41,810 nucleotides of DNA from Candidatus Bathyarchaeota archaeon. GTDB lineage: Archaea > Thermoproteota > Bathyarchaeia > TCS64. The translations under genes were made by a program, and so were the position numbers. The notes under the pieces are model-generated. The model made no database searches. It saw only the letters and a program-made list of their open reading frames with translations, and was not told the DNA's origin. This document shows positions 28,413 to 36,995 of the stretch, piece after piece; position 1 is the first letter of the stretch, and the number at the start of each line of letters is the position of its first letter. The DNA lies in the NCBI GenBank assembly GCA_020354065.1, contig CP070640.1:482013-523822 (forward strand), read 5' to 3'.

Positions 28413-29396
28413 TCACTTAATCCTCCTCGTCTCCACTCCCTGGTTGGAGATGTTGACAACGTGTGGCTCCCCTCTGGTTCTCCATATGGCCTTACGGATG
28501 TCCTCCACTTTTGACGGGTTCAACAAAGCTATCATGCAGCCACCCCCTCCGGCTCCCGTCAGCTTCGCCCCGTAGGCGCCGGCCCCTCGGGAGGCGTGAA
28601 CCATGAGATCCAGACGAGCGATGGACACTCCCAGGGAAGCTAGGAGGCCGTGGTTGATGTTCATGAGATCCCCTAACCTGCGTAGATCCCTCTCTTTGAG
28701 GGCTTCGAGCCCGCTCTCCGCGACCCCTACCATGGCGTCGATCAGGCCATCCACGAGCTTCGGCTCCCTCTCCCTGAGGGCTTTGACCCTGGCCACAAGC
28801 CGCCGCGTCGAACGCTTCCGCCTTGAGTTCCCGATGACGAAGGGGAGGCCTTCACCGAGTTCTAGCCTCTCGATGCTCTCCCCCCTCTCATACCGCAAGA
28901 CTCCCCCGTACGTGGAAATGTTGTTGTCAACCCCGCTTGGAGTCCCGTGCACCACCTTCTCGCCCTCGTAGGCGAGATCGCAGGTCTCTTTCTTCGAAAG
29001 GTTCCCGCCTAAGAGCTCACCAACGGCGGCCACTGTGGCCACGCAGATGGCGGCGGAGGATCCCAAGCCAGCTGCAACGGGGATGTCGGATCTTGCGGTG
29101 AGGCTCAACCCCGTTTCCTGACCCAGGTGCTCCAACGTCTTCCAGGCGGCCACCCGCATACCTTGGAGCCTCCTTCCCCTCCACGCCTCCCCCCTGATCG
29201 GGACGTAGACATCGCCCTCGAAGTAGCCCTCAAATCCCATGTCCAGGCAGTCGAAGTGGATGCGCTTGTCGCTTCTCTTTTCCGCGATTATTTTCGCCCG
29301 TTTGTCTATAGCGAGGACGATTGCTGGACCCCTGTAGACGACGCTGTGCTCTCCGAAGAGTATCGCCTTCCCCGGGGCGGTGGCTTCCACGGACAT
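28413..29396 (-). CDS. mvk: Mevalonate kinase
   Basis: PGKAILFGEHSVVY, PVAAGLGSSAA, HGTPSGVD and KLTGAGGGG. Confidence 0.96.
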   Translation of the reverse strand: MSVEATAPGKAILFGEHSVVYRGPAIVLAIDKRAKIIAEKRSDKRIHFDCLDMGFEGYFEGDVYVPIRGEAWRGRRLQGMRVAAWKTLEHLGQETGLSLTARSDIPVAAGLGSSAAICVATVAAVGELLGGNLSKKETCDLAYEGEKVVHGTPSGVDNNISTYGGVLRYERGESIERLELGEGLPFVIGNSRRKRSTRRLVARVKALREREPKLVDGLIDAMVGVAESGLEALKERDLRRLGDLMNINHGLLASLGVSIARLDLMVHASRGAGAYGAKLTGAGGGGCMIALLNPSKVEDIRKAIWRTRGEPHVVNISNQGVETRRIK

Positions 29397-29405
29397 GTAC
29401 CAGTC

Positions 29406-30248
29406 CTACCTCGTGATCTTGACCGCTGCGTAACCCACAACCGCGGAGAGGTCCCCCGTGATGTCCCCGCTGGTGCTGTAGGAGAGGAGTTCCGCCTTCT
29501 CGGCGCCAAGCATCTTCGAGGCGTAGATGGCGGCGGATACGGGGCCGTAGCCGCACATGCTGACCCTCTGGGTTCTGACCCAGTTCTGGAGGGCTGCCTC
29601 ATCCATGGCCTCGATGCTTTCGATTACTCCATGATCCTTGGCACTGGCTGAGGCTTTAGACTCCATGTGGGTCAGGTCCGTCGATGCAAGTATGAGGATG
29701 TCCTTCCCCCTAATGGCTTCGACGATGGCTCTTCCGACCTCCCTGCTTGTCTCCAGGTCCTGGAGGCCCATGCAGATGGGAACGAACCTGATGTCCTGGT
29801 AGACATACTGGAGGAAGGGGAGCTGCACCTCGATGGAGTGCTCTCTAAGGTGAGCCGTCTCGTCCATGTCTATGAAATCGGATGTCTCGAATATGTCCAT
29901 GGCGAGCTCCTCATCAACTCTCAGGTGCCCTAAAGGTGTTTCCCATGCTCCAGTCCCCCACAACGAGACCGGACCCCCTAGGCCCGTGTGGTTTGGACCT
30001 AGGATGACGACGGAGTCAGGCTCGGCTTCGGAGGCTAGCTGATGATAGCTGTGGGCTGCGGTGGGGCCCGAGTACATGTAGCCTGCGTGGGGGCATACCA
30101 CGGAGACGATCTTCCTCTCAGAGCTCCTCTGACGGGGGGGCTCTCCAGGACCCAGCCTGTGGGTGAAACTATCCTTGATAGTGCGGTTAAGGCGTTCGGG
30201 GTCAGCCGGGTAGAATGCTCCGGCCACCCAGGGTCGCCTTATTCCCAT
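29406..30248 (-). CDS. MEMO1 family protein (AmmeMemoRadiSam protein B)
   Basis: VAGAFYP, PHAGYMYSG, GPNH, EHSIEVQLPFLQ, STDLTH, MCG and VVGY. Confidence 0.94.
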   Translation of the reverse strand: MGIRRPWVAGAFYPADPERLNRTIKDSFTHRLGPGEPPRQRSSERKIVSVVCPHAGYMYSGPTAAHSYHQLASEAEPDSVVILGPNHTGLGGPVSLWGTGAWETPLGHLRVDEELAMDIFETSDFIDMDETAHLREHSIEVQLPFLQYVYQDIRFVPICMGLQDLETSREVGRAIVEAIRGKDILILASTDLTHMESKASASAKDHGVIESIEAMDEAALQNWVRTQRVSMCGYGPVSAAIYASKMLGAEKAELLSYSTSGDITGDLSAVVGYAAVKITR

Positions 30249-30257
30249 GGTCCCACC

Positions 30258-30878
30258 CTAGATGGAGGCCTCGAAGTCGTCGATGGAAACGTTGAAGTCT
30301 TCGTCAGGTCCGAGCTCGTTGAGCTCCCGCTTTATCTGCCGGGTTAGAAGCCAGTAGGCGATGGCGAGGGCCCTCCTCCCTTTATTGTTTATGGGGATGA
30401 TGAGGTCGACCTTTGAGAGGTTGTTGTCCGTGCTGCAGAAAGCCACCACTGGGACGCCTACAGCCGTCGCCTCCTCGACGATCTGCTGGTCGGCGAGGGC
30501 GTCAGTCACAACAACGGCGACGGGCTCGAAGTAGTCGGCGTAGGTAGGGTTAGTAAATGTCCCGGAGGTGAAGCGTCCGATCATGGGTTTAGCACCCATG
30601 AGCTCGCAGAACTTCTGCACGGGTAACCGGCCGTACCTCTTTGAGGAGGCCACAACGATCTTAGGCAGGTTCATCCTGGCCAGGAACTTTGCAGCGACCT
30701 GGATCCTCTCGTTCATCTTCTCCATGTCGAGGACGAACAGGCCGTCCGGCCTCACCTTGTATATGAAAGGCTCCATGTCCTTCGTTTTGACACGGGTTCC
30801 GATGTGGACACCAGCTGATAGAAGGACCTCCTGGGGCAGGAGCATGTCTTCTGTTCCTTGTGTCTCCATCCTAGCCAT
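30258..30878 (-). CDS. rps2: 30S ribosomal protein S2
   Basis: [24 protein letters not shown] and [11 protein letters not shown]. Confidence 0.97.
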   Translation of the reverse strand: MARMETQGTEDMLLPQEVLLSAGVHIGTRVKTKDMEPFIYKVRPDGLFVLDMEKMNERIQVAAKFLARMNLPKIVVASSKRYGRLPVQKFCELMGAKPMIGRFTSGTFTNPTYADYFEPVAVVVTDALADQQIVEEATAVGVPVVAFCSTDNNLSKVDLIIPINNKGRRALAIAYWLLTRQIKRELNELGPDEDFNVSIDDFEASI

Positions 30879-31098
30879 CTCCTCTGATCTCGACGCTCTC
30901 CCTCTCCTCGTGGAACCTCAGTATCTCGTCAATGAGCTCCACGTGGGAGAGCAGCATCCTCCTGCAGCAGTATCTCTCGATGCCCAGGTCGTCGAGGACG
31001 TCCTTGGGCTGCTCCCCTGCGGCGACCCGCCGGCAGTAGGGCTCCCACTTGTCGCCCACCACCTTGCCGCAGGAGAAGCATCTAACAGGGATGATCAT
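30871..31098 (-). CDS. rpoN: RNA polymerase subunit N (Rpo10)
   Basis: [12 protein letters not shown]...[11 protein letters not shown]. Confidence 0.98.
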   Translation of the reverse strand: MIIPVRCFSCGKVVGDKWEPYCRRVAAGEQPKDVLDDLGIERYCCRRMLLSHVELIDEILRFHEERESVEIRGDG

Positions 31099-31116
31099 TC
31101 TCTTCTTTCAGCCTCA

Positions 31117-31218
31117 AGGGTCACGCGGAATATGCACTGAGATGAATATTAAACATATATCCTCTGGGAGAACCTCTAGCATCGGTTCTGACGATTTCAT
31201 CTCGGCGCACCTGACCCT
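31117..31218 (-). ncRNA. Candidate structured 5' leader of the rpoN-rps2 operon
   Basis: Nested inverted repeats 31117-23/31212-18, 31133-46/31196-209 and 31169-74/31184-89, with a TATA-like TTTATAT at 31240-31234. Confidence 0.4.
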
Positions 31219-31545
31219 ATAAATTAGATCCAGATATAAACCTTTCATTGATGGTTCTTGGTGTTGGGAGTTTTGAATAAAGTAGCTTAATTTAAAACAT
31301 TGATGTAATTTTGGTCTCTTGCGCTTGCCATCACACTCTTTCCTTTCTGTAACAATGCAGCAAGTGAGTTGATAGCCGTCTAGGCAATGAATTATTGATT
31401 TGATTAATTTACTGAGAATCTATAGCTTAGTTTAGATTGAGGAATAAATTTTACACTTCTTGATCAAAGTATCTGAGAACTGCTTCAGAATCCATTTAAG
31501 ATTTCCCATCTGAATTTAGAGGAACGAAACCCTGATTGAGCTAGA

Positions 31546-31926
31546 ATGAAGCTAGATAAACTCGAAAGAATGATCATTTCAGAGGATTGGATTGATTGGT
31601 ATCGTAATGAGCACAAATCAAGGGCTAGGGAAACTCATCTCCCAGGGGGGATAACAATTGCTCGCCACAGACACTGGAATCTGCCATTTTGCTCGTTCTG
31701 CGATGAAGAAGTCGAGGAGGGAGACGAATGTTACATCCTCTTCGTTGGAGGGCACGCCGTTGCCTATCACTCTGATTGCTTGGTGGAGCACAAGGATACA
31801 CGAAAAGTGAAGAACATAGTCGCTCAGGATAGGAGTTTTAGAATGAAGATGTTAGATAAAAATAACGTCGAGGATGAACAACCTCTGAGAATCAAACCAA
31901 TATCTGTAAAGTACATCGAATGGTAA
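31546..31926 (+). CDS. Hypothetical protein with a CxxC...HxxC zinc finger
   Basis: FCSFCDEEVEEGD...YHSDC. Lies in an AT-rich island. Confidence 0.65.
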   Translation: MKLDKLERMIISEDWIDWYRNEHKSRARETHLPGGITIARHRHWNLPFCSFCDEEVEEGDECYILFVGGHAVAYHSDCLVEHKDTRKVKNIVAQDRSFRMKMLDKNNVEDEQPLRIKPISVKYIEW

Positions 31927-32019
31927 TGCGCTTCGATGTAGAACGCTCATTTTTAAGGAATAATCATCCGAAATTTTCTTTCATAATAATATAAAAGGTG
32001 GATTGATCCATCCATTCTC

Positions 32020-32101
32020 TGCGCGTACGAGTATCATCCCTTAGATTGAGGTATTCCCCCTTCCAATCTGAGGGCAGTGCTCTCTTGCTCTCGTACGCGC
32101 A
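32020..32101. ncRNA. Long GC-rich hairpin, candidate ncRNA
   Basis: TGCGCGTACGAG/CTCGTACGCGCA form a perfect 12-bp stem that encloses CCCTTAGATTG/CAATCTGAGGG. Confidence 0.45.
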
Positions 32102-32337
32102 CACCATTACATTTTCGACTTAATTATAGCGAACTCTTGCCGAACGTACGAAGTCAAAAAAAATCACCGGCTATAAGATGAGAACAAAATTAAATGACGT
32201 GAAGGAGTTGATCCAACGGGAGAAATTATCGTAAAAGACGTTTAGAGCCAATTTTAGACTTTACGCCCTTAGAAAAGATACAGCTCCGAACCTGATAAAA
32301 GGAATGTCCAAATGCTTCTTGATTTTTAAAGGGTCTC

Positions 32338-32652
32338 CTACGAATTTTTCAGCGCTTTGATCGTTCCTGAAACCTTTGTAACGTATACGGTAGCAGGGGA
32401 ACCCCCGATCTTGCTGATAAGCGTTAGCGAGGCCCTCATTTCCCTGATTCGGGTCCTGTTACAACGCAGAACGCCTTCCTGCTTAGCTTCATCGAAATCG
32501 ATGAGGTGTGGATCGACTCGGGACAATCCCGAGAGGCCAAAGATGTCGCGGACTCCTTCCACCAAGGCCTCGAAGACTTCTGAGGCAGTGAAACGCGTAG
32601 GCCCCTCAACAACGAATTTGAAGTATCTGCGGCGGGGTTTCTTTACCGGCAA
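32338..32652 (-). CDS. rnp2: RNase P protein component 2 (Pop5)
   Basis: RRRYFKF, GVLRCNR and VSGTIKAL. Confidence 0.92.
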   Translation of the reverse strand: MPVKKPRRRYFKFVVEGPTRFTASEVFEALVEGVRDIFGLSGLSRVDPHLIDFDEAKQEGVLRCNRTRIREMRASLTLISKIGGSPATVYVTKVSGTIKALKNS

Positions 32653-33362
32653 TTTTTTTCCACCCTGACTCCTGGAGCGATGAATTTCCCTCCGAGCTTC
32701 TCTCGATTTCTCTCAACGATGCCCATCGGAGTCTCGGAGATCGCGTCCAATCCCTCCTCCTCTCCGAGGTCCATGAGAGAAAGAACCGCCGCAAGCCCAC
32801 GAGGATCTCTCATCTCCAAGACATTACGGGCGCCGCTTGAGACGACTATTGGCACATCGAAACTCTTCGCGTTCCCCACCTCCCACCTCATGATGGCTAA
32901 CATTCGGGATCTGTGCGTGGGCTCCAGCTGCTCTAAGAGGTCAGAGAGGTTGACCTCATAGCAACAGTTGGCTTCACTGGCGAGAGATGCGCTTTGCCGG
33001 TCGAATTTGACTCTCTCTCTGGTTGCCAGCGATGATGGGAGGATGAGGACGTCGACGCGGTGGTCCTTTGAGGCTTGGCGTGCAACTTTCTTGTTATTAC
33101 ACTCCACACCTATGATCTCGAATCTCCTGCGGACCTTTCCAAGAGAAGATGTTAGCTTGCGGGGATTATCAGGGCTGAGGTCGATCCGGCTCACGAGGTC
33201 GAGGTCTAGATATTGGGTTAGATCTCGGAGCTGCTCCGAAAGAGGATTCTCGGATGTCAGGGCGACACCTCTAAAGCCTAGTTTTGCGGCTAGTTCCAGC
33301 ATCGTCTGAACCTTGCTCTCATCCTCCGGGGTTTTGAGGTGGAGATCGACGAACCTTCTCAT
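32643..33362 (-). CDS. rnp3: RNase P protein component 3 (Rpp30)
   Basis: FVDLHL, RRRFEII, RVDVL, SSGA...MRDPR and gene context. ATG 33362 overlaps the upstream stop (ATGA). Confidence 0.92.
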   Translation of the reverse strand: MRRFVDLHLKTPEDESKVQTMLELAAKLGFRGVALTSENPLSEQLRDLTQYLDLDLVSRIDLSPDNPRKLTSSLGKVRRRFEIIGVECNNKKVARQASKDHRVDVLILPSSLATRERVKFDRQSASLASEANCCYEVNLSDLLEQLEPTHRSRMLAIMRWEVGNAKSFDVPIVVSSGARNVLEMRDPRGLAAVLSLMDLGEEEGLDAISETPMGIVERNREKLGGKFIAPGVRVEKNCR

Positions 33363-33859
33363 TGCTTCTGACTCCTGTTTTCGTTTGAACACGTTTTTTC
33401 TTCCATTATCCTTGTGAGAGTGGTGCGGATGTATTCGAGTGGTGATGCCTTGTGTGGGATTCGGAACCTGAACTTCAGCCGTATGGGGTCGATCTCCATG
33501 AGGGCTCTCTGCCCCTTGAGGGCCTTCTGCTTGTCGAGGCGTATGTACATGTTGCCAGCTTTGTCGGTCCTGTTTTCGAGCTCGTCCAAGAGCCGCATTT
33601 GCTCGACTGTCGGAAGCCTCTTTATGGTCTGGTGGAGCATGTGGGCAACGTCTTTCTTCTTTCGGATGGTCGTCGTGATGAGGGTGATTGGATCGTTGTG
33701 GTGGCCGCTGAGCAACCGCCGGTCCAATCTAATCCCCGAGGCATCCTTGGGAATCAGTTTTTTCACTGCTCTCTCTACTTTTGCCTCGTCTTCCGTGGCG
33801 TGAGAGAAGACCGAGATCTCCACACCCATGATTTCTACTTTAGATACCGCCTCAGCCAT
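33359..33859 (-). CDS. COG1325 RNA-binding protein (exosome/RNase P superoperon)
   Basis: HATEDEAKV, GHHNDPI and YIRLDKQ. Confidence 0.9.
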   Translation of the reverse strand: MAEAVSKVEIMGVEISVFSHATEDEAKVERAVKKLIPKDASGIRLDRRLLSGHHNDPITLITTTIRKKKDVAHMLHQTIKRLPTVEQMRLLDELENRTDKAGNMYIRLDKQKALKGQRALMEIDPIRLKFRFRIPHKASPLEYIRTTLTRIMEEKTCSNENRSQKQ

Positions 33860-33928
33860 GGCTATCAGTTTCTCATCGGATTAATCTACTCTACGATCAT
33901 AAAGGTTCTTAGAATATGAGTTCATAGG

Positions 33929-35203
33929 CTATTGAACGTAAGGAATCGTCGACGGCCCAGCGGGGACCACAACGATCTCCGGGTCCCTCCCCAAGATCTT
34001 GAGGGCTAGGCTCAAGGCTTCATCGATGTCTTTTGCAGGAGTCATGTGCATGCTTCTTATGACGGATGGTTCTATGCCGGTGACGCATATGACCTCGCAA
34101 CGTGTGAGAACCCTGGCGAGGATCTGGGCCTCCCACTGATCAACCATGAAGAAGCCTGGTGCCCTGACGATCTCTAGGATCTCCCTCGGGCTCTCGAATC
34201 TCTCTACAAGCTCCCTGAACCTGGGATGCCCGACCCCATCAATGCACTCCGAGGCGATTATGGCCACGCCCCCCTCTCTGACTACAGCCTCGGCGACTGT
34301 CATTCCCTTCACAGCCTGGTAGAGGTCCCTGTCAAGGGGATAACCACCGTTGGTGGTGACCACTATGTCTGCCTCTGGAGTTTCCACCCTCACGTGCCCG
34401 TCTAGAAACCTTGACCCAGCCCTGTGGGCCTTCTTGAACTCCCCTGCGAATATCCCCGAGATCCTTTTCTGGGGGTCTAGAGTGACGTTGATTGAGAATC
34501 CAAGACCTCCCAGGCGCGCTCCCTCGACGATGTCTTCGTATACGGGATTTCCATCTAGGATTCCAGCCCTGGCATTGGGATGGTCGATCATGGCAGCGCG
34601 GTGGTTGGCCTTTATGGTCTCGTAACCCGCCACCCCAGGGAGGATGTTTTTACCCCCTCCGGTATACCCGGCGAAGAAATGGGGTTCGATGTAGCCGTCG
34701 CTGATGACTAGGTCGCTCTCGTGCACGGTCTTGTTGAGCCAGATAGGGGTTCCGTGCGATGTCTCGCCTATTTCAACGAGGTTGGAGTCATCGCGAGCGT
34801 CGTGGTTGATAACTGAGATCCGGCTCTGGATTTCAACGTCCAAGCGCTCTCTGAGCTCCTCTTCGGTGCATGGTCTGTGCAGTCCTGTCGCTACCACAAC
34901 TTTGACCTGTCCATCGTGGATTCCGGCCTCTTTTAAATCTCGGAGGGCTGCTTGGACGATCAACCCGCTGGGAGTGGGTCGGGTTGAGTCTGAGACGATG
35001 ACGCAGATGTCCTTGCAGCCCTGGGCCATTTCACAAAGACCTGTCGAGTTTATTGGTTCTCGTAGGGCTCTCTCCAATGCTCCACTTGGGTTTGGTAATG
35101 GCTGCATAGTTTTAGGTAGGACGATTGATAGAAGGTATCTTTCAGGTATTCTGGCGTCGATGTACCCTCTTCCGTATGGGAGAGCGATGGTTCTGGTTCT
35201 CAC
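33929..35203 (-). CDS. larA: LarA family nickel-pincer racemase/epimerase
   Basis: SDSTRP, ATGLHR, EPHFFAGYTGGGKNILPG, NH, GGYPLDRDLYQAVKG and DQWEAQ. Start uncertain (GTG 35203; ORF open to 35239). Confidence 0.9.
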   Translation of the reverse strand: MRTRTIALPYGRGYIDARIPERYLLSIVLPKTMQPLPNPSGALERALREPINSTGLCEMAQGCKDICVIVSDSTRPTPSGLIVQAALRDLKEAGIHDGQVKVVVATGLHRPCTEEELRERLDVEIQSRISVINHDARDDSNLVEIGETSHGTPIWLNKTVHESDLVISDGYIEPHFFAGYTGGGKNILPGVAGYETIKANHRAAMIDHPNARAGILDGNPVYEDIVEGARLGGLGFSINVTLDPQKRISGIFAGEFKKAHRAGSRFLDGHVRVETPEADIVVTTNGGYPLDRDLYQAVKGMTVAEAVVREGGVAIIASECIDGVGHPRFRELVERFESPREILEIVRAPGFFMVDQWEAQILARVLTRCEVICVTGIEPSVIRSMHMTPAKDIDEALSLALKILGRDPEIVVVPAGPSTIPYVQ

Positions 35204-35235
35204 GGTCTGTAGGTTAATATCATAATATTTGAGGT

Positions 35236-35448
35236 TCACTGGGTCATAAGTTGCTTATTTAGACAATTGCTGCGTCTTTCATGGTCGTATCTACTAGGGC
35301 AGAGTGTCGCACCCTCTCCTTGTATGGTCTTCTCTAGCCCTCGTCTCCTAAACATGTCACCATTGGACCCGTGGGGGTTTGTGTAGGTATCTGACCGCAT
35401 CTGACCCGAGCTCATTACGATGGGTCCTGCAAAACACAACATGGGCAC
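35236..35448 (-). CDS. Possible small hypothetical protein
   Basis: A strong GAGGAGGTG Shine-Dalgarno-like element precedes GTG 35448. No recognisable motif. Confidence 0.3.
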   Translation of the reverse strand: MPMLCFAGPIVMSSGQMRSDTYTNPHGSNGDMFRRRGLEKTIQGEGATLCPSRYDHERRSNCLNKQLMTQ

Positions 35449-35701
35449 GACAGCACCTCCTCTTTTTCGTTGGGTCTGCGCTTGTTTGTAGGTTCTTCTG
35501 TGTTATGGGCGGGCAGTATGCATGTCCTTCACAAATGGCTTCAAGTATTCATAAACCCGGAACGATTATGTTGTGCAAGAAATCCGCTATTCCTCCTGAG
35601 ATGTAGTAAAATATCATTTTCATCGTGCTTGTAGATTGCAGGTACACACAACATTACTTATTGAGACGCCATCAAACATACTTTGGGCTAGGGGGCATTT
35701 C

Positions 35702-35854
35702 ATGGAGAGCATAAGAGAGCTGATCAAAGATCTAGATCGGTGTGAGGCATTGCGAACTGTAAATCTCCAGGATCTTGAGGCTCTTCTTCTTGATGAACCT
35801 AGCACAATTAATGGTTTAGACGCTGCTTTGACGCTCCACAATATCGAGGGCTGA
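35702..35854 (+). pseudogene. Internally deleted ABC-ATPase remnant
   Basis: MESIRELIKDLDRCEALRTVNL (like an ABC N-terminus) is joined directly to LLLDEPSTINGLD (Walker B/D-loop). No Walker A or signature motif. Confidence 0.5.
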
Positions 35855-36142
35855 ACTCGATGCTTCCATAGGTAGCATTCCCATATCCCCAACCCCCAGC
35901 CCTCTCTTTTTTTAGCTTATACCCAATGGCGTTTCAATTATTGTTTTTTTCATACTAAATACCGGGGTTGCTCTTCCATGTACAAAAATTCCATTAACGG
36001 CATCACTTTCATGCGGATGATTGTGAATATCTTAGACTGCCTCACAATCTGGTTGAGGATGAGCGGTCCATTCTTGTCCTCCAATGGTTCATTGCGTTTG
36101 ATGATAAACCTTAACTACCGATTTGTTCCTGTGTTCCGTGTT

Positions 36143-36237
36143 GCGGCCGTGGCTCAGCCTGGATAGAGCGTGGGTCTTCGGATAGGCTTCTAGGAGAAAA
36201 CCCATGGTCGCGGGTTCGAATCCTGCCGGCCGCGCCA
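36143..36237 (+). tRNA. tRNA-Arg(UCG) with a 17-nt intron at 37/38 (36182-36198) and encoded CCA
   Basis: Acceptor GCGGCCG/CGGCCGC, D arm GCTC/GAGC with A20, anticodon stem TGGGT/ACCCA, T loop TTCGAAT. BHB motif: CTTC/GGAG helix with bulges GGA and AAA. Confidence 0.95.
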
Positions 36238-36277
36238 ACCTCAAATGTTTTTGCTATTACGCAAAACACACAGGAGT

Positions 36278-36796
36278 TTATGCTCTCTTGAATTGTATGT
36301 AGAAAATTATTGCATTGGTAATGGCGCCTCCGAATACGAAAGGCAAAATAAACTCCGCCACGGGGAGATCATAGAATAGGTTTACAGCGAGGAGCATTGT
36401 ACCAACGATTGCCGCAAATTGCATTGAATATAAGATGACAGCTACTCCCAAACCCCGTTTATATGCAAGCTTCAACCATCCGCTATATCTATTTGAGAAG
36501 AAATCTGCTGCTCTTAAAGGACTCGTGATATCCACCTCTCTCATCTGATCGGATCCAAACCTGATCAGCTCCGGCAGCATCACGATGCTAATTATCATCG
36601 CAACTACCCAGAAAAGTCCTGCCAAGGAGACCTGATCCAAAACTAATAGAATGGACCAGACCACACCGAGTAAGCAGAGACCTCCGCCGATGTAGAAAAA
36701 TCTCTTCTTATCTCGATAGGCTCTGACAAAGGCGACGACCGCTATGACTGCGAAGAATATTGCACTGAAGTAGAACAACTCATATGGGATTTCCAT
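36278..36796 (-). CDS. Multi-TM hypothetical membrane protein
   Basis: About five hydrophobic helices; probable start MEIPYELF at 36796. Confidence 0.75.
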   Translation of the reverse strand: MEIPYELFYFSAIFFAVIAVVAFVRAYRDKKRFFYIGGGLCLLGVVWSILLVLDQVSLAGLFWVVAMIISIVMLPELIRFGSDQMREVDITSPLRAADFFSNRYSGWLKLAYKRGLGVAVILYSMQFAAIVGTMLLAVNLFYDLPVAEFILPFVFGGAITNAIIFYIQFKRA

Positions 36797-36995
36797 CGGT
36801 TTATGGTAACCGTTTTGTAAATATAAACGTCTTGGCGCATTACTTGATCTCATTTTTATCCTTTACATCGGGAAAGATGATATAGTAATTATACAGTTGA
36901 GAAAGTATAAGGGGCCGACACCTGCATAGTTGCGAAACCGAGAAATCTTGGAAAACTGCCAGATTCCAGTTCGTTGGTGCCCCTTCGTGGCTTCC

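Noticed and set aside
25455..31098. rpoN-rps2-MEMO1-mvk-ipk-fni-GGPPS cluster as a novel system
   Set aside because: This is a well-known conserved archaeal gene order.
32020..32103. Firm call as an H/ACA guide RNA or SECIS element
   Set aside because: The pocket-to-ACA distance is too long, there is no K-turn, and no selenoprotein ORF is nearby. Kept only as an unassigned hairpin.
32286..32300. GAACCTGAT resembling a TPP riboswitch core
   Set aside because: The CTGAGA element and flanking stems are missing, and no thiamine gene is adjacent.
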